From contig JAYTHT010000210.1 of assembly GCA_043732365.1 (NCBI GenBank), positions 1 to 37,263 of the forward strand: a DNA stretch of 37,263 bases. The letters are read 5' to 3'. Shown here in pieces: positions 34,650 to 37,263 of the stretch. The DNA comes from Novosphingobium sp. GTDB lineage: Bacteria > Pseudomonadota > Alphaproteobacteria > Sphingomonadales > Sphingomonadaceae. The notes under the pieces are model-generated. The model was not told where the DNA came from. It saw only the letters and a list, made by a program, of their open reading frames with translations, and did not search any database. Numbering within the stretch: the stretch's first letter is position 1; every line of letters begins with the position of its first letter. Position numbers and translations under genes: made by a program.

Positions 34650-35300
34650 ATGGCGTCGTTTAGCAATCGCAAGGTAGACAGTGTCCGTCCGCAGGGTGCA
34701 CCCCTGTCCGACATGGACTTCCATGTAAAGTTGACCGCTTCAATCCCACACCTGCGCGCATTTGGCCGCTCGTTGTGTGGCTGCCGCGATATGGCTGACG
34801 ATCTTTCGCAGGAAACGCTGCTTAAGGCATGGGCAGCACGCGAACATTTCGTCGCCGGGACCAGCTTCCATGCGTGGACTTTCACCATCTTGCGCAACGT
34901 TTATTTCGGCCAGATCCGCCGTCAGCGGTTCGTAGGCGACTACGACGAAGTAGAGGCGGAACGACTGCTCAACACGCCCGCGACGCAGCAGAGTGGGTTG
35001 CAGGCCACCGACGTTTTGCGCGCGCTGGCCACATTGCCGGCCGCTCAACGCGAAGTTCTGATCCTGGCCGCAGTCGGCCATGTAAGCTACGAAGAAATGG
35101 CCGAAATCTGCAACGTTGCGATTGGCACGATCAAAAGCCGTATTGCCCGCGCCCGCGCTGCGCTGTCGGCAACGCTCGAAAGCGGAATTATGCCCGATTT
35201 CCGGCACAATTTCGTACTCAAGGGCGAAGTGCTTGATGCATTCCTTGACGAATTGCGCCTGATCGCACCCGAACATATCATTGCACGCCTGGCGGCTTAA
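34650..35300 (+). CDS. ecfG: EcfG (ECF15) general stress sigma factor
   Basis: IPHLRAFGRSL, ADDLSQETLLKAW, AWTFTILRN and GTIKSRIARAR motifs; divergent from phyR. Confidence 0.88.
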   Translation: MASFSNRKVDSVRPQGAPLSDMDFHVKLTASIPHLRAFGRSLCGCRDMADDLSQETLLKAWAAREHFVAGTSFHAWTFTILRNVYFGQIRRQRFVGDYDEVEAERLLNTPATQQSGLQATDVLRALATLPAAQREVLILAAVGHVSYEEMAEICNVAIGTIKSRIARARAALSATLESGIMPDFRHNFVLKGEVLDAFLDELRLIAPEHIIARLAA

Positions 35301-35394
35301 CGCCCCGACATCGATCTAACGCTCTTAAGATACAATTTGGCGTGAAGCGTGGCCCTTTCGGATTGCACTTCACGCCGCTCGTCGGTTTGCGCGA

Positions 35395-36918
35395 TTATTC
35401 GGCGTGCAACTGACGCAGTGGTATCTGCGCGGTCGCCTGCAATCCACCGGGCTGCCAATCCATCGTCAGCGTTCCGCCCAACTGGCGCTCGATTGTCAGC
35501 CTGGTCAGGCCCAGCCCGAATGCTGGCACGGGCGGCGCTGCGATCACAGGCCCCAGGCTTTCGCGCCATTTCACAGTCACGCCATCACCCACTGAAAGCG
35601 CAATCTGCAATCGGCCCTGCGGTGAACTCAACGCGCCAAACATCGCCGAATTGATCGCCATTTCATGGAAAAACAGCGCGAGCGGTGTTGCTGCATGTTC
35701 ATCGATCACCGTGTCATCACCTGCGATTTCCAGCCGGGTCGGGTCATCCTCGATATATGGCAGCGTCAGAATGCGAACCAGGTCGCGTAGTGTAGTTTGC
35801 GACCGCATGATCGCCCCCTCGGCAAAACGCGGGCGCACCAGATCGTGCGCGCGGCCCAACGCTACCATGCGCAATTGTAGCGATTGGCTGACTTGCGCCA
35901 TCCCGTCATGTTTGCGTAGCGCCATCGAGATCAGCCCTTGCATCACCGCAAACATGTTCTTGATGCGGTGGCTCAATTCACGCGACATGAATTCCAGCAA
36001 GTCCGCGCTGCGGACCCGTTCATCAATATCGGTGCATGTGCCGATCCAGCGTGTGATCGCGCCGGAATCATCGATTACCGGCAGCCCGCGCGCCAACATC
36101 CATCGATACGTGCCATCGGCCTTCAGCAGCCGGAATTCAACAATATAGGGTTCGCCCGACTTGATCGCGATGGCCCAGGCTTCATCCGCGGCCGGCACAT
36201 CTTCGGGATGCACGAAGTTCAGCCAGCCGGTGCCATAGCTCGCGCTTGCTGGGGCCCCGGTAAATTTGCACCATTGGCGGCTGAAATAATCGCTCAGCCC
36301 ATCATTGGGCGTGGACCAGACAAGTTGGGGCAGGGCATCGGCTAGCGTCTCAAACCGCCGGTTGATCCGCTGCGGTTCGGACCCGGCCGTTAATTCCGAT
36401 CCAGTCGGGATCGGCGCCGCATCCCAATGCGCCATTTCGGCCTGCTGAATGGTGGCGACTGCGGTTTTCGCCATGGTTCGCAGATCACCAAGCAGGTCTG
36501 CGCTCAACGGCCCGCGCGGGGCAGTGTCCATCACGCACAACGTACCGACCGCTGCGCCGGCGCCGTTGAGCAGTGGCAAGCCGGCGAAAAAACGTACCGA
36601 TGGATATTCGGCGAAACGCGCGTCTATACCCGCATCGAGAACGACCAGACCGTCGGGATCGGCCATGACCGCTGTGAAAACAGAACTTTCACCCTCGATT
36701 TCACAATCTATTTGGCCGAAACGTCTTTGATCGCTCACAGCCGCTGAAATGGGATCGGCCAGCCAAATCAGCGCAGCCTGCCCTCCAAACAGTTTGCCCG
36801 CAATCCGCGCAATGTTGTTGAGCTGCGCACAGGCGGCTGGCGGATGAGCACGATCGCTCGCTTCACGCGCAAGATCGGACCAGCTTTGTGGCATAAGCGT
36901 TGCAATATTCCTGGGCAT
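35395..36918 (-). CDS. Cytoplasmic GAF-PAS-HWE histidine kinase
   Basis: GAF (RFFAGLPL..GTLCVMD), PAS (VHPED, DGTYRW), H-box ELSHRIKN, HE...N and WRE motifs. Confidence 0.88.
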   Translation of the reverse strand: MPRNIATLMPQSWSDLAREASDRAHPPAACAQLNNIARIAGKLFGGQAALIWLADPISAAVSDQRRFGQIDCEIEGESSVFTAVMADPDGLVVLDAGIDARFAEYPSVRFFAGLPLLNGAGAAVGTLCVMDTAPRGPLSADLLGDLRTMAKTAVATIQQAEMAHWDAAPIPTGSELTAGSEPQRINRRFETLADALPQLVWSTPNDGLSDYFSRQWCKFTGAPASASYGTGWLNFVHPEDVPAADEAWAIAIKSGEPYIVEFRLLKADGTYRWMLARGLPVIDDSGAITRWIGTCTDIDERVRSADLLEFMSRELSHRIKNMFAVMQGLISMALRKHDGMAQVSQSLQLRMVALGRAHDLVRPRFAEGAIMRSQTTLRDLVRILTLPYIEDDPTRLEIAGDDTVIDEHAATPLALFFHEMAINSAMFGALSSPQGRLQIALSVGDGVTVKWRESLGPVIAAPPVPAFGLGLTRLTIERQLGGTLTMDWQPGGLQATAQIPLRQLHAE

Positions 36919-37081
36919 TTTTTGCGGGCCGTGACAGCCAAACAGAAGATCTGAGAACGAAGCACGTATTTCAACCTCTGCCGTAGTGCGGTCAATCCTG
37001 TTTAGCCAGAATCCGGCCTGTTTTTACAGAATCCAGCGAATTTCTGGGTAATCTGACCCGCCTCACGCAAACAGCGCACAA

Positions 37082-37111
37082 AAAAAGGGCTGGATTGCTC
37101 CAGCCCTTTTT
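37082..37111 (-). terminator. Intrinsic (bidirectional) terminator downstream of the OmpA gene
   Basis: AAAAAGGGCTGGA-TTGC-TCCAGCCCTTTTT. Confidence 0.9.
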
Positions 37112-37128
37112 CCCGATTTGCCGTTGGA

Positions 37129-37263
37129 TCAGTTGCCCGAGCCAGGACCGTATGTGATTTCCACACGACGGTTCTGCAGTTCGCGCACACCGTCTGCGGT
37201 GGGCACGCGCTGGTTGGCTTCACCATATGCATGCGACGAAATCGCTGCAGCGGCAACACCATG
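37129..37263 (-). CDS. OmpA family protein, 3' end (truncated by the window edge)
   Basis: Not in the ORF track. Frame reads HGVAAAAISSHAYGEANQRVPTADGVRELQNRRVEITYGPGSGN*, containing the OmpA-C NRRVEI motif. Confidence 0.88.
   Translation of the reverse strand, partial: HGVAAAAISSHAYGEANQRVPTADGVRELQNRRVEITYGPGSGN

Noticed and set aside
36000-36360. LOV photoreceptor in the HWE kinase
   Set aside because: The PAS domain lacks the NCRFLQ motif.
37002-37262. 86-aa track ORF at the right edge
   Set aside because: Wrong frame. The neighbouring frame encodes an OmpA C-terminus, and this ORF runs through the terminator.

Overview
High-GC alphaproteobacterial chromosome, most likely a sphingomonad (inferred from the PhyR/NepR/EcfG locus and the OmpA C-terminus). 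There are three blocks. (1) 1-13.6 kb: an apparently intact, tightly coupled, minus-strand podovirus-type (BPP-1/epsilon15-like) packaging and virion operon. It encodes a wHTH regulator, TerS-like protein, TerL, portal, scaffold, major capsid, cement protein, tail tubular A, split tail tubular B, a gp13-like protein and ejection proteins, and runs off the left edge. It sits directly behind a divergent HTH-S24 repressor with visible operator repeats. No cro, replication, recombination or integrase genes are visible on this side, so it is a candidate domesticated phage module or podovirus-type gene transfer agent (a deleted prophage is not excluded). (2) 14-20.4 kb: an AI-2E transporter and a TetR-regulated OMF-EmrA-EmrB efflux pump. 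(3) 20.4-37.3 kb: a general stress response island (SDR, PRC barrel, ferritin-like, CsbD, AsmA, three single-domain receivers, GT4-GH130, nepR, phyR, ecfG, HWE kinase) with about 12 EcfG-type GGAAC-N16-(C/T)GTT/CATT promoters, ending at the 3' end of an OmpA gene. All family calls are by motif recognition; no database searches were run. Many starts were moved relative to the ORF track using RBS and overlap evidence.
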